From Minisyncoccota bacterium (GTDB lineage: Bacteria; Patescibacteriota; Minisyncoccia; UBA6257), in NCBI GenBank assembly GCA_028695015.1, contig JAQVJR010000001.1, forward strand, positions 100,422 to 164,421: 64,000 nucleotides of DNA, read 5' to 3'. Each line of letters opens with the position of its first letter. Position 1 is the stretch's first letter. The notes beneath the pieces are model-generated. The model made no database searches, was not told where the DNA came from, and worked only from the letters and a program-made list of their open reading frames with translations. The position numbers were made by a program, and so were the translations under genes. This document shows, piece after piece, positions 55,798 through 64,000 of the stretch.

Positions 55798-58220
55798 ATT
55801 ACAAAATTAATCAATCTGTCTTTTACAAAAACAACTTTTTTGATTTTTTGTTTCTTAAGATATTTTTTAACTTGAGGAGAATTTTTAGCTATTTTCTTTG
55901 CTTCTGATTCTTTAATTCCTTTGGATACTAATATCTTATCTCTAACTTTACTATTAACTTGTACTACTAAAGTAAAAGATTTTTCTTCAGCTATCTCTGC
56001 TTTATATATTGGCCATTTTTCTTGACCTACTGATTTTCTATGCTTTAATGCTCCTTGCCATAATTCTTCTGCTAAATGAGGCGCAAAAGGAGATAAAAGC
56101 AAGACTAAAGTTTCTTGGTGTTTTTTATTTATCTTTTCTTTTGGTACTTGATAAAGACTATTAACATATTCCATTAAAGAACTAATGGCTGTATTAAAAT
56201 GCATGCTCTCTATATCCTCAGTAACTTTTTTTATTGTTTGATGCCTTATCTTTTCCAATTCTTCAATATTTTCTTTTAATTTCTTCTTTGCCTCAGGGGT
56301 CATTTTAAAAACATCTTTTTCTTTAATTTTCTTAGATTTGTCTTTTTCTTCATTGATTAAAGACCAAACTCTATTAAGAAAACGATAAATTCCAATAACT
56401 CCTTGAGTATTCCAAGGTTTGGCAAAAGTCAAAGGCCCCATAAACATTTCATACATTCTCAAACTATCAGCCCCATATTTTTTTATAACACTATCTGGAC
56501 TAATAACATTACCTCTAGATTTAGACATTTTCTCTCCATCTTCTCCTAAGATAATCCCTTGATTAACTAAGCGAGAAAATGGCTCAATAGTAGAAACTAC
56601 TCCAATATCATAAAGAAACTTATGCCAAAAACGAGCATAAAGAAGATGTAATACTGCATGCTCAACACCACCGATATAAATATCAACTGGTAACCAAGAT
56701 TTTTCTTTTTTAATATCTATTAATTTTTTCTTATTCTTAGGATCAACAAAACGAAGATAATACCAACAAGAACCAGCCCATTGAGGCATAGTATTAGTTT
56801 CTCTTTTAGCTGGACCTTTGCATTTAGGACATTTTACATTAACCCAAGAAACAATATCAGCTAAAGGAGATTCATTCTTACCCGAAGGCTCATATTTTTT
56901 AATTTCTGGAAGTTTTAAAGGCAATTGACTTTCTTTTAAAGGTACTAATCCACATTTTTCACATTTAATAATTGGGATTGGTTCTCCCCAATATCTTTGT
57001 CTAGAAAAAACCCAATCTCTTAATTTATAACGCACTGTTTTTGTTCCGCCTACATAAAGAGCTATCTTTTCTTGAGCTCTTTTATAAGGCATGCCATCAA
57101 AAGGACCAGAATTAATCAAAGTGCCATTAGCTGCTACCACTTCTTTAACTGGCAGATAAAACTGCTGAGCAAATGCCAAATCTCTTTCATCATGAGCTGG
57201 CACACCCATTACTGCACCTGTGCCATAACTAATTAAAGCATAATCAGAAACCCAAACAGGCACTCTTTCTCTATTAGCTGGATTAATCACATAAGCACCT
57301 GTAAAAACACCTGTTTTTTCTTTATTCACAGATTGTCTTTCAAAATCTGATTTTTGCAATGCTTGTTTGATATAATCTTGAACTTCATTTCTTTGACTAT
57401 CTTCAGTGATTTTTTCAAGCAAAGGATGTTCTGGTGCTAAAATCAAATAGGTTACTCCAAAGATAGTATCTATTCTTGTAGTAAAAGTTTTTAAATATTC
57501 ATCTTGACCCACAATCTTAAACTCCACATCATAACCTTCTGAACGACCAATCCAATTTTTTTGCATTGTTTTTACTCTGGCAGGCCAATCTAATAAATCC
57601 AGATCTTCTAATAACCTATCAGCCATGGCTGTAATTCTTAAAACCCATTGTTTTAAGTTTTTCCTAGTAACTTCTTTACCACAACGATCACACTTGCCTT
57701 CAACCACTTCTTCATCTGCTAAAACTGTTTTACATGAAGGACACCAATTAACTGGCACCTCAGCTTCATAAGCCAATCCTTTTTTATAAAGTTGGAGAAA
57801 AATCCATTGAGTCCATTTATAATAATTAGGATCTGTTGTATCCACCTCTCTTTGCCAATCATAACTAAACCCCATTTCTTGAAGTTGTTTACGAAAACGC
57901 TTAATGTTTTTCTTAACCACTTCTTTAGGATTTCTTTTTGTCTGAATAGCATAATTTTCTGCTGGCAAACCAAAAGCATCCCAACCCATTGGATGCAAAA
58001 CCTCTAAACCTTTCATCCGATAATATCGAGATAAAATATCAGAAGCCGTATAGCCTTCTACATGACCAACATGCAATCCTTCTCCTGAAGGATAAGGAAA
58101 CATATCTAGAATATAAATATGTTTTTTCTTTGGCTTATCTGATGTATGCCAATTTTTATAATTATTTTTGGCCCAAAATTTTTGCCATTTGGGCTCTATT
58201 TTACTAGGTTGATAAGACAT
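55794..58220 (-). CDS. leuS: Leucine--tRNA ligase
   Basis: MFPYPSGEGLHVGH, GWDAFGLPAEN, SRQRYWGEP, KMSKS. Confidence 0.98.
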   Translation of the reverse strand: MSYQPSKIEPKWQKFWAKNNYKNWHTSDKPKKKHIYILDMFPYPSGEGLHVGHVEGYTASDILSRYYRMKGLEVLHPMGWDAFGLPAENYAIQTKRNPKEVVKKNIKRFRKQLQEMGFSYDWQREVDTTDPNYYKWTQWIFLQLYKKGLAYEAEVPVNWCPSCKTVLADEEVVEGKCDRCGKEVTRKNLKQWVLRITAMADRLLEDLDLLDWPARVKTMQKNWIGRSEGYDVEFKIVGQDEYLKTFTTRIDTIFGVTYLILAPEHPLLEKITEDSQRNEVQDYIKQALQKSDFERQSVNKEKTGVFTGAYVINPANRERVPVWVSDYALISYGTGAVMGVPAHDERDLAFAQQFYLPVKEVVAANGTLINSGPFDGMPYKRAQEKIALYVGGTKTVRYKLRDWVFSRQRYWGEPIPIIKCEKCGLVPLKESQLPLKLPEIKKYEPSGKNESPLADIVSWVNVKCPKCKGPAKRETNTMPQWAGSCWYYLRFVDPKNKKKLIDIKKEKSWLPVDIYIGGVEHAVLHLLYARFWHKFLYDIGVVSTIEPFSRLVNQGIILGEDGEKMSKSRGNVISPDSVIKKYGADSLRMYEMFMGPLTFAKPWNTQGVIGIYRFLNRVWSLINEEKDKSKKIKEKDVFKMTPEAKKKLKENIEELEKIRHQTIKKVTEDIESMHFNTAISSLMEYVNSLYQVPKEKINKKHQETLVLLLSPFAPHLAEELWQGALKHRKSVGQEKWPIYKAEIAEEKSFTLVVQVNSKVRDKILVSKGIKESEAKKIAKNSPQVKKYLKKQKIKKVVFVKDRLINFVI

Positions 58221-58226
58221 AAATAT

Positions 58227-58436
58227 TTAAGAATTATCTTCTGGCAAGACCACGCCTCCTGGCGGAGATTGAGGCAATTTATCTGGTGAAATTAAAGGAA
58301 GGTTTTCTTCTATTTGCTCAATCTCAGGGTAAACAGGTAGATCAGATTCTCTTGTTTGAAACATATAGCCATAAATCAAAATACCAAGGCCTAGAATTAA
58401 AACAAAAAGGATCAAAGCTAAAATTGTTTTATTCAT
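58227..58436 (-). CDS. Small single-TM hypothetical protein
   Basis: 69 aa with an N-terminal hydrophobic helix and Pro/acidic tail; tightly packed between thrS and leuS. Confidence 0.6.
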   Translation of the reverse strand: MNKTILALILFVLILGLGILIYGYMFQTRESDLPVYPEIEQIEENLPLISPDKLPQSPPGGVVLPEDNS

Positions 58437-58450
58437 AAAGATATTAAAAT

Positions 58451-60214
58451 TTATTCAAGTTCTTTTGTAATAATATCATAAAACTTAGCAATTGTCATCT
58501 CTCCTAAATCTCCTTTTTTTCTTTTTCTAACAGCTATTTTCTGATTTTTTTCTTCTTTATCACCCACAATTAAGACATAGGGAATTTTCTGTTCTTCTGC
58601 TTTTTTAATATTTTTAGATAAAGCTTCTTCTCCTGACCAAACCTCAACTCTTAAATCCTTAGCTTGCATCATCTTAAAAACTTTTTGAGCAAACTTTGTA
58701 TTTTTTTCTTTAATAGGAATAACCACTACTTGAACAGGAGCTAACCATAAAGGAAATTCCCCTCCATAATTCTCTATCAAAATTCCCATAAATCTTTCTA
58801 AACTACCTAAAATAGTTCGATGCAACATTACTGGTCTTTGTTTTTTGCCTTTCTTATCTATATAAAAAAGATCAAACTTTTCTGGCATTATAAAATCCAA
58901 TTGAATTGTTCCACATTGCCAAGTCCGCCCTAAACAATCTTTTAAATGAAAATCAATCTTTGGTCCATAAAAAGCCCCTTGTCCTTTATTAACAACAAAA
59001 TCAATGTTTTTTTGTTTTAAAGCTTGTTTTAAACCTAAGGTTGCTTTTTGCCACATTTTATCAGAACCCATGGCTTTTTCTGGCTTAGTGCTTAATTCAA
59101 CATGATATGGAAAACCAAACTTCTTATAAATACGATCACTTAAATCAATCACTCCTAGAATTTCATCTGTAATCTGTTCAGGGGTCATATAAATATGAGC
59201 ATCATCTTGAGTAAAGCTCCTTACTCTAAAAAGCCCTTGCAAGACTCCAGAAAGCTCATGGCGATGAACTAAGCCTAATTCAGCTATTCTTAAGGGCAAT
59301 TCCCGATAACTATGAAGTGAGTTTTTATAAACTAAAATTCCTCCTGGGCAATTCATGGGCTTAATTGCATAATCTTTATCATCTATTTTAGTAAAATACA
59401 TATTTTCCTTGTAATGATCCCAATGACCTGATTGCATCCATAATGATTTGCTTAATAAAATAGGAGTTTTTATTTCTTCATATCCATTTTTCTGATGTTC
59501 TTTTTTCCAATAATCTTCAAGTAAATTTCTTAAAACCATTCCCTTAGGATGGAAAAAAGGGAAACCAACACCTTCATTATGAAAACTAAACAAATCTAAA
59601 TCTTTACCAAGCTTACGATGATCTCTTTTTTCTGCTTCTTCTATTTGACATAGGTAATCTTGTAATTCTTTTTCTTTAGCAAAGGCAACACCCATAATTC
59701 TTTGCAACATTGAATTAGTTTCTTTGCCTCGCCAATAAGCACCAGACACCTTAACTAATTTAAAGCTCAAGGGAAGCTCTTTTGTATTTTTTACATGAGG
59801 CCCACGACATAAATCAATAAAGTCACCTAATTGATAAAGAGAAACTGATTTTATTTTTTTAGACTTAACTTTATCTTTCTCATCTTCTACTGTGGTACCA
59901 TATTTTTCTAAATCCTTAATCAATTCTACCTTATAGGTTTGATTTAAATCCTTAAATACCTTGCTCGCTTGTTTTAATGAAACATTGCTTTTTTTAAAAG
60001 ACAATTCTTTTTTAATAATCTCTCTCATTTCTTTTTCTATTTTTGGTAAATCTTCTAAAGATAAAGTCTTACCAATATCAATATCATAATAAAAACCATT
60101 TTCAATTATTGGCCCAATACCAAATTTAGCCTTTGGATAAAAATTTTTTACAGCTAAAGCTAAGACATGGGCTAAAGAATGACGGACCTTTTCCAAGCTG
60201 TCTTTTTGTTTCAT
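58451..60214 (-). CDS. thrS: Threonine--tRNA ligase (no TGS domain)
   Basis: RHSLAHVLA, DLCRGPH, RDHRKLG, KPMNCP, RVRSFTQDDAH, AFYGPKID. Confidence 0.98.
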   Translation of the reverse strand: MKQKDSLEKVRHSLAHVLALAVKNFYPKAKFGIGPIIENGFYYDIDIGKTLSLEDLPKIEKEMREIIKKELSFKKSNVSLKQASKVFKDLNQTYKVELIKDLEKYGTTVEDEKDKVKSKKIKSVSLYQLGDFIDLCRGPHVKNTKELPLSFKLVKVSGAYWRGKETNSMLQRIMGVAFAKEKELQDYLCQIEEAEKRDHRKLGKDLDLFSFHNEGVGFPFFHPKGMVLRNLLEDYWKKEHQKNGYEEIKTPILLSKSLWMQSGHWDHYKENMYFTKIDDKDYAIKPMNCPGGILVYKNSLHSYRELPLRIAELGLVHRHELSGVLQGLFRVRSFTQDDAHIYMTPEQITDEILGVIDLSDRIYKKFGFPYHVELSTKPEKAMGSDKMWQKATLGLKQALKQKNIDFVVNKGQGAFYGPKIDFHLKDCLGRTWQCGTIQLDFIMPEKFDLFYIDKKGKKQRPVMLHRTILGSLERFMGILIENYGGEFPLWLAPVQVVVIPIKEKNTKFAQKVFKMMQAKDLRVEVWSGEEALSKNIKKAEEQKIPYVLIVGDKEEKNQKIAVRKRKKGDLGEMTIAKFYDIITKELE

Positions 60215-60295
60215 TATTTTTATTATTAAACTAATGCCGTTATTAAACGGATTGAAAGTATTTTACTATAATTATTGCTCAAAAACAAATAATTT

Positions 60296-63200
60296 CTAAG
60301 CTTCTAAATGCTTAATTTCTTCTAATTTTTCACCAATAATTTGATAAGTCCCATTACGCTTATCCATTCTACCTTCAACCATTAAAACTCTATCTTCTCT
60401 CAGAACATCCATATAATGATTTAATATTGCTGGATAAAGAACCACCTCAATTGAATTATCATAATCTGCTAAATGAGTAAAAGCCATGGGTTTGCCTACT
60501 TTAGTTCTCACTTGCTGAATTTTAGAAATAAATCCACAAACTTTAATTCTTTTACCTAAGTGATAAGGATTTAACTGAGTCGCTGTTAAGGCGATTTTAC
60601 CTAAAATATTCTTGTAATTATCTAAAGGATGACTAGTTAAATAAAGTCCTAAAAATTCCCTTTCCCAATTCATTCTTCTTTCCTTGTCTAATGAAGAATT
60701 AGGAGATTTATTTCTTAGGTTTTTTAATAAATCCTCTCCAGTATCTTCTTGGAAAAGACACATTTGATTACTATTTTTTGAATTATTGTATTGAGTGATC
60801 CATTTTAGAATTTCTTCTAAATTATCTGCCATTAATTCTCTTTCACCAAAACAATCTAAAGCTCCTCCTTTGATTAAACTTTCCAAAGCTTTCTTGTTTA
60901 ATGCTTGCTTAGGAACTCTTTTCAGAAAATCTGCCAGATCTTTATAAACACCATTCTTTTGTCTTTCTTCTTGAATAGCCAAAGCTACTCCTTCTCCAAC
61001 ATTTTTAATTGCTGCTAAGCTAAAGAAAATATCTCCAGTTTGCTTATCAATCCCAAATTCAGCAAAAGAAGTGTTAACTGAAGGTGGATTAACTTTAATC
61101 TTCATTCTTTTACATTCAGCTATTTCTGTTGCTATTCTATCCAAATTACCAAAATCAGAAGTTAATAAAGCAGCCATAAACGCATTTGGATAATGAGCTT
61201 TTAACCAAGCGGTCTGATAAGTAATCCTCGCATAAGAAGCTGCATGGCTTTTATTAAAACCATAACGCGCAAAAGGAATTACCCAATTCCATATTTTTTC
61301 TGCAGTTTTCCTATCTATCTTATTCTTAACCATCCCCTCTACTAATAATTCTTGTTGTGCTTCTAATAATGATTTTATCTTCTTACCCACAGCTTTTCTT
61401 AAAACATCTGCCTGAGCTAAAGATAAGCCAGCTAAATCATGAGCAATCTGCATTAATTGTTCTTGATAAATGCAAACTCCATAGGTATTTTTCAAAATTG
61501 GCTCTAATTTAGGATGAAGATAATCAATTTTTTCTTTACCATGTTTCCTATTAATAAATTGTGGAATCAATTCCATTGGTCCTGGACGATACAAAGCTAA
61601 CATGGCAACTAAATCCTCAAACTTTGTTGGTTTTAATTCTTGTAAATATCTTCTCATGCCTCCAGATTCAACTTGAAACAACCCAGTCGTATTCCCACTA
61701 GATAATAATTGATAAACTTTTGCATCATCATATTTCAAATCATCCAAATCAATCTCTTTTCCATAAACTTTCTTAATAATCCTAATGGTATTTTTAATAA
61801 TTGTCAGATTAGCTAATCCTAAAACATCAATTTTAAGCAAGCCGATTTTCTCCAAAGAATACATATCATATTGCGTAATTACCTCCTGGTCATTACGACT
61901 TGAATGTTGTAAAGGCGAATAAGTAACCAATGGTTCACGGGAAATAACCACTCCAGCTGCATGAGTAGAGCCATGACGAGCCACGCCTTCAAGCTGTTTA
62001 GCTAATTCCATTACTTCTCGAGCATCAGCATTAATGCTTACTAATTGTTTTAATTCTGGAATTGTTTTTATAGCTCTATCTATTGAATAATCAAAAGGAA
62101 TCAATTTAGCTATCTGATCCCCTAGAGCATATGGATGACCTAGGGCCCTGGTAACATCACGAACCGCCATGCGTGATTTCATAATCCCAAAAGTAATGAT
62201 TTGGGCTACATGCTCTTGACCATATTTTTGAGTAATATATCCTAATAGCTCTGCTCTTTTATCATCAGCAATATCAATATCTATATCTGGTGGTTGAATT
62301 CTCTCAGGATTAAGAAATCTTTCAAAAAACAAACCATGCTCTAAAGGATCAACAGAAGTAATGTCTAAGATATAGGCAACAAAGCTACCCGCAGCTGACC
62401 CTCGAGTATTAGTTAAAATACCTTGTTCTTTAGTGAATTGAATTAAATCATGAATAATTAAAAAATAATCAGCAAAACCTGTTTTCTTTATTACTTCTAA
62501 TTCATAAGTTAATCTTTTTTTTGCTATTGGGTTTTTATTAGAATATTCTTTTTCATAATTATCCCAAACTATTTTTTCTAAATACTCAAAAGAATCTTCT
62601 TTGTTCTCTCTTTCAAAATGAGGCAAGATAATATTATCTAAATCTAATTCTAAATTACATTCATTAACTATTTTTTCAATATTACTAAATAGATCAGGTC
62701 GCTGAAGAAAATCTTTTGCAATTTCTTGCCCAGATTTAAAATGTAAATCTGCCTGCTCCATGGTAAAACGATCTTCATCTTCTATTACTGCTCCAGTTTG
62801 AATAGCTAATAGAACATCCTGAATTCTTTTATCTTCTTTCTTGATATAATGTACATCAGAAGTAACCACTGCAGGAATCTTATGCTCATCAACAATTTTT
62901 AATAAATTATTATTTATTTCTTCTTGTTCTGGAATTTCAGGATGATGTTGTAATTCAAGATAAAAATTTTCTTTACCAAAAATTTCCTGATATTCTTTTG
63001 CCAGCTGAACAGCTTTTTCATAATTACCAGATAAAAGAGCAATGGGAATATCTCCTCGTGAACAACCTGAAAGAGCAATCAATCCTTCACTATGTTCTCT
63101 TAAAACTTTCTTATCAATCCGTGGCTTATAATAAAAACCTTCTAATTCGCCAATGGTGACTAACTTTAGAAGGTTTTGATAACCAGTAAGATTTTTTGCT

Positions 63201-63472
63201 AATAAAACTAAGTGATAAAATCTAATTTCTTTACTTGGGCTTTTCTCTTCTAATGAATGAGGGGCCAAATAAACCTCACAACCAATAATTGGTTTGATTC
63301 CCATCTTCTTTGCCAATGAATAAAACTCAATTGCCCCATGCATTACTCCATGATCAGTCAGCGCCAAAGCCTTAAGACCATCTTTTTTAGCCTGATTTAA
63401 AAGCTGCTCTGGCCTGGCTAATCCGTCTAATAAAGAATAGTGGCTATGGACATGAAGATGAGTAAAATACAT
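60296..63472 (-). CDS. dnaE: DNA polymerase III alpha subunit
   Basis: PHP domain HLHVHS..SLLDG, RGSAAGS, PDIDID, FNKSHA and a C-terminal OB fold. Confidence 0.98.
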   Translation of the reverse strand: MYFTHLHVHSHYSLLDGLARPEQLLNQAKKDGLKALALTDHGVMHGAIEFYSLAKKMGIKPIIGCEVYLAPHSLEEKSPSKEIRFYHLVLLAKNLTGYQNLLKLVTIGELEGFYYKPRIDKKVLREHSEGLIALSGCSRGDIPIALLSGNYEKAVQLAKEYQEIFGKENFYLELQHHPEIPEQEEINNNLLKIVDEHKIPAVVTSDVHYIKKEDKRIQDVLLAIQTGAVIEDEDRFTMEQADLHFKSGQEIAKDFLQRPDLFSNIEKIVNECNLELDLDNIILPHFERENKEDSFEYLEKIVWDNYEKEYSNKNPIAKKRLTYELEVIKKTGFADYFLIIHDLIQFTKEQGILTNTRGSAAGSFVAYILDITSVDPLEHGLFFERFLNPERIQPPDIDIDIADDKRAELLGYITQKYGQEHVAQIITFGIMKSRMAVRDVTRALGHPYALGDQIAKLIPFDYSIDRAIKTIPELKQLVSINADAREVMELAKQLEGVARHGSTHAAGVVISREPLVTYSPLQHSSRNDQEVITQYDMYSLEKIGLLKIDVLGLANLTIIKNTIRIIKKVYGKEIDLDDLKYDDAKVYQLLSSGNTTGLFQVESGGMRRYLQELKPTKFEDLVAMLALYRPGPMELIPQFINRKHGKEKIDYLHPKLEPILKNTYGVCIYQEQLMQIAHDLAGLSLAQADVLRKAVGKKIKSLLEAQQELLVEGMVKNKIDRKTAEKIWNWVIPFARYGFNKSHAASYARITYQTAWLKAHYPNAFMAALLTSDFGNLDRIATEIAECKRMKIKVNPPSVNTSFAEFGIDKQTGDIFFSLAAIKNVGEGVALAIQEERQKNGVYKDLADFLKRVPKQALNKKALESLIKGGALDCFGERELMADNLEEILKWITQYNNSKNSNQMCLFQEDTGEDLLKNLRNKSPNSSLDKERRMNWEREFLGLYLTSHPLDNYKNILGKIALTATQLNPYHLGKRIKVCGFISKIQQVRTKVGKPMAFTHLADYDNSIEVVLYPAILNHYMDVLREDRVLMVEGRMDKRNGTYQIIGEKLEEIKHLEA

Positions 63473-63555
63473 AAAAAAATTTAATGATATAATGATATTG
63501 TATCATGGACTCAAAAAAATACAAACCTATCTTTTAATCTACATTAAATTATTAA

Positions 63556-64000
63556 ATGAATTTAACAAAAGAAAAATATTATTCACAAAAAAACTATCAA
63601 ATAATCATTGGGCTAGATGAAGCTGGTCGTGGTTCTTTAGCTGGACCTGTTAGTGCAGCTGCGGTTATAGTAAATCCTAAAATTTATTCTTTTAAAACAC
63701 CTAAAGAAAGATCAAGGTATCAAAAAGATAAAATTTTCCAAGATATCTTAAAAAGAACTAATGATTCTAAAAAATTAACTCCTACAGAAAGAGAATCTAT
63801 CTTTAAATTGATTAAAAAATCCCCGAACATAAAATTCTCTTATTCTTTTATCCAGCCTCAAACAATCGATAAGATAAATATCAATCAAGCTATTCAAAAA
63901 GCCATGCTCAATTGTCTTAAAAAAATCTTAACTCCTAAAACCAAAAACAAGAGAATATTAATTCTCATTGATGGAAACCAACCTTTAACCCTTAGTGGTA
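63556..64000 (+). CDS. rnhB: Ribonuclease HII (runs off the window end)
   Basis: Not in ORF track. Manual translation gives MNLTKE...IIGLDEAGRGSLAGPV...NDSKKL...IDKINI...LIDGN. Confidence 0.94.
   Translation, partial: MNLTKEKYYSQKNYQIIIGLDEAGRGSLAGPVSAAAVIVNPKIYSFKTPKERSRYQKDKIFQDILKRTNDSKKLTPTERESIFKLIKKSPNIKFSYSFIQPQTIDKININQAIQKAMLNCLKKILTPKTKNKRILILIDGNQPLTLSG

Noticed and set aside
4955-58207. Many 60-107 aa ORFs antisense to or nested in long genes (e.g. 7739-7921, 15436-15741, 27908-28231, 37515-37787, 57719-57979)
   Set aside because: Shadow ORFs lying over well-conserved genes, with no recognisable motifs or start signals.
60215-60295. CCGTT-TAAT-AACGG hairpin in the thrS leader as a T-box or tRNA-mimic operator
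   Set aside because: The leader is too short for a T-box and the loop does not resemble a Thr anticodon loop.
10953-63472. Inteins or introns in rpoC, rpoB, rtcB, polA or dnaE
   Set aside because: Lengths are normal or compact and no intein or homing-endonuclease insertions are apparent.
63492-63620. 42-aa plus-strand ORF upstream of and overlapping rnhB
   Set aside because: It overlaps a divergent promoter region and rnhB out of frame, with no recognisable features.
1-64000. CRISPR arrays, IS elements, prophage or defence islands
   Set aside because: No regularly spaced repeats, transposase, integrase or phage genes were seen.
1-64000. Alternative genetic code (UGA=Gly, code 25)
   Set aside because: Long genes are intact in code 11, and lepB, infC, rplT, trmD and smc end at TGA at the expected positions.

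Overview
This is an AT-rich, gene-dense core-genome segment with mostly minus-strand genes, read in genetic code 11. Gene content and style point to a Patescibacteria/CPR (Parcubacteria-like) bacterium; this is an inference from the short SMC, type-2 IleRS, DUF5667/ECF pair, peptidoglycan-binding surface proteins and near absence of Shine-Dalgarno sites. Housekeeping content includes ftsZ/ftsA, rpoBC, four aminoacyl-tRNA synthetases, smpB-tmRNA-infC-rpmI-rplT, dnaE, polA, mutM, holA, clpB, htrA and archease-rtcB, plus a cell-surface cluster (ECF sigma, DUF5667, surface protein, metallopeptidase, O-antigen-ligase/TPR, oxidoreductase). I saw no CRISPR array, IS element or prophage. The most notable observations are: (1) an unannotated ~170-nt structured ncRNA (6S-like) with a near-consensus sigma70 promoter; (2) a membrane-anchored Clp-like AAA+ protein with a dead D1 ring and no pore-loop aromatics, paired with a small membrane protein; (3) a tandem double PilB/GspE ATPase; (4) a ClpB carrying an LGF ClpP-docking-like loop; (5) a hinge-less mini-SMC; (6) leaderless-type promoters and a recurring AGGTCG leader motif. 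All family assignments come from motif recognition by eye; no database searches were run.
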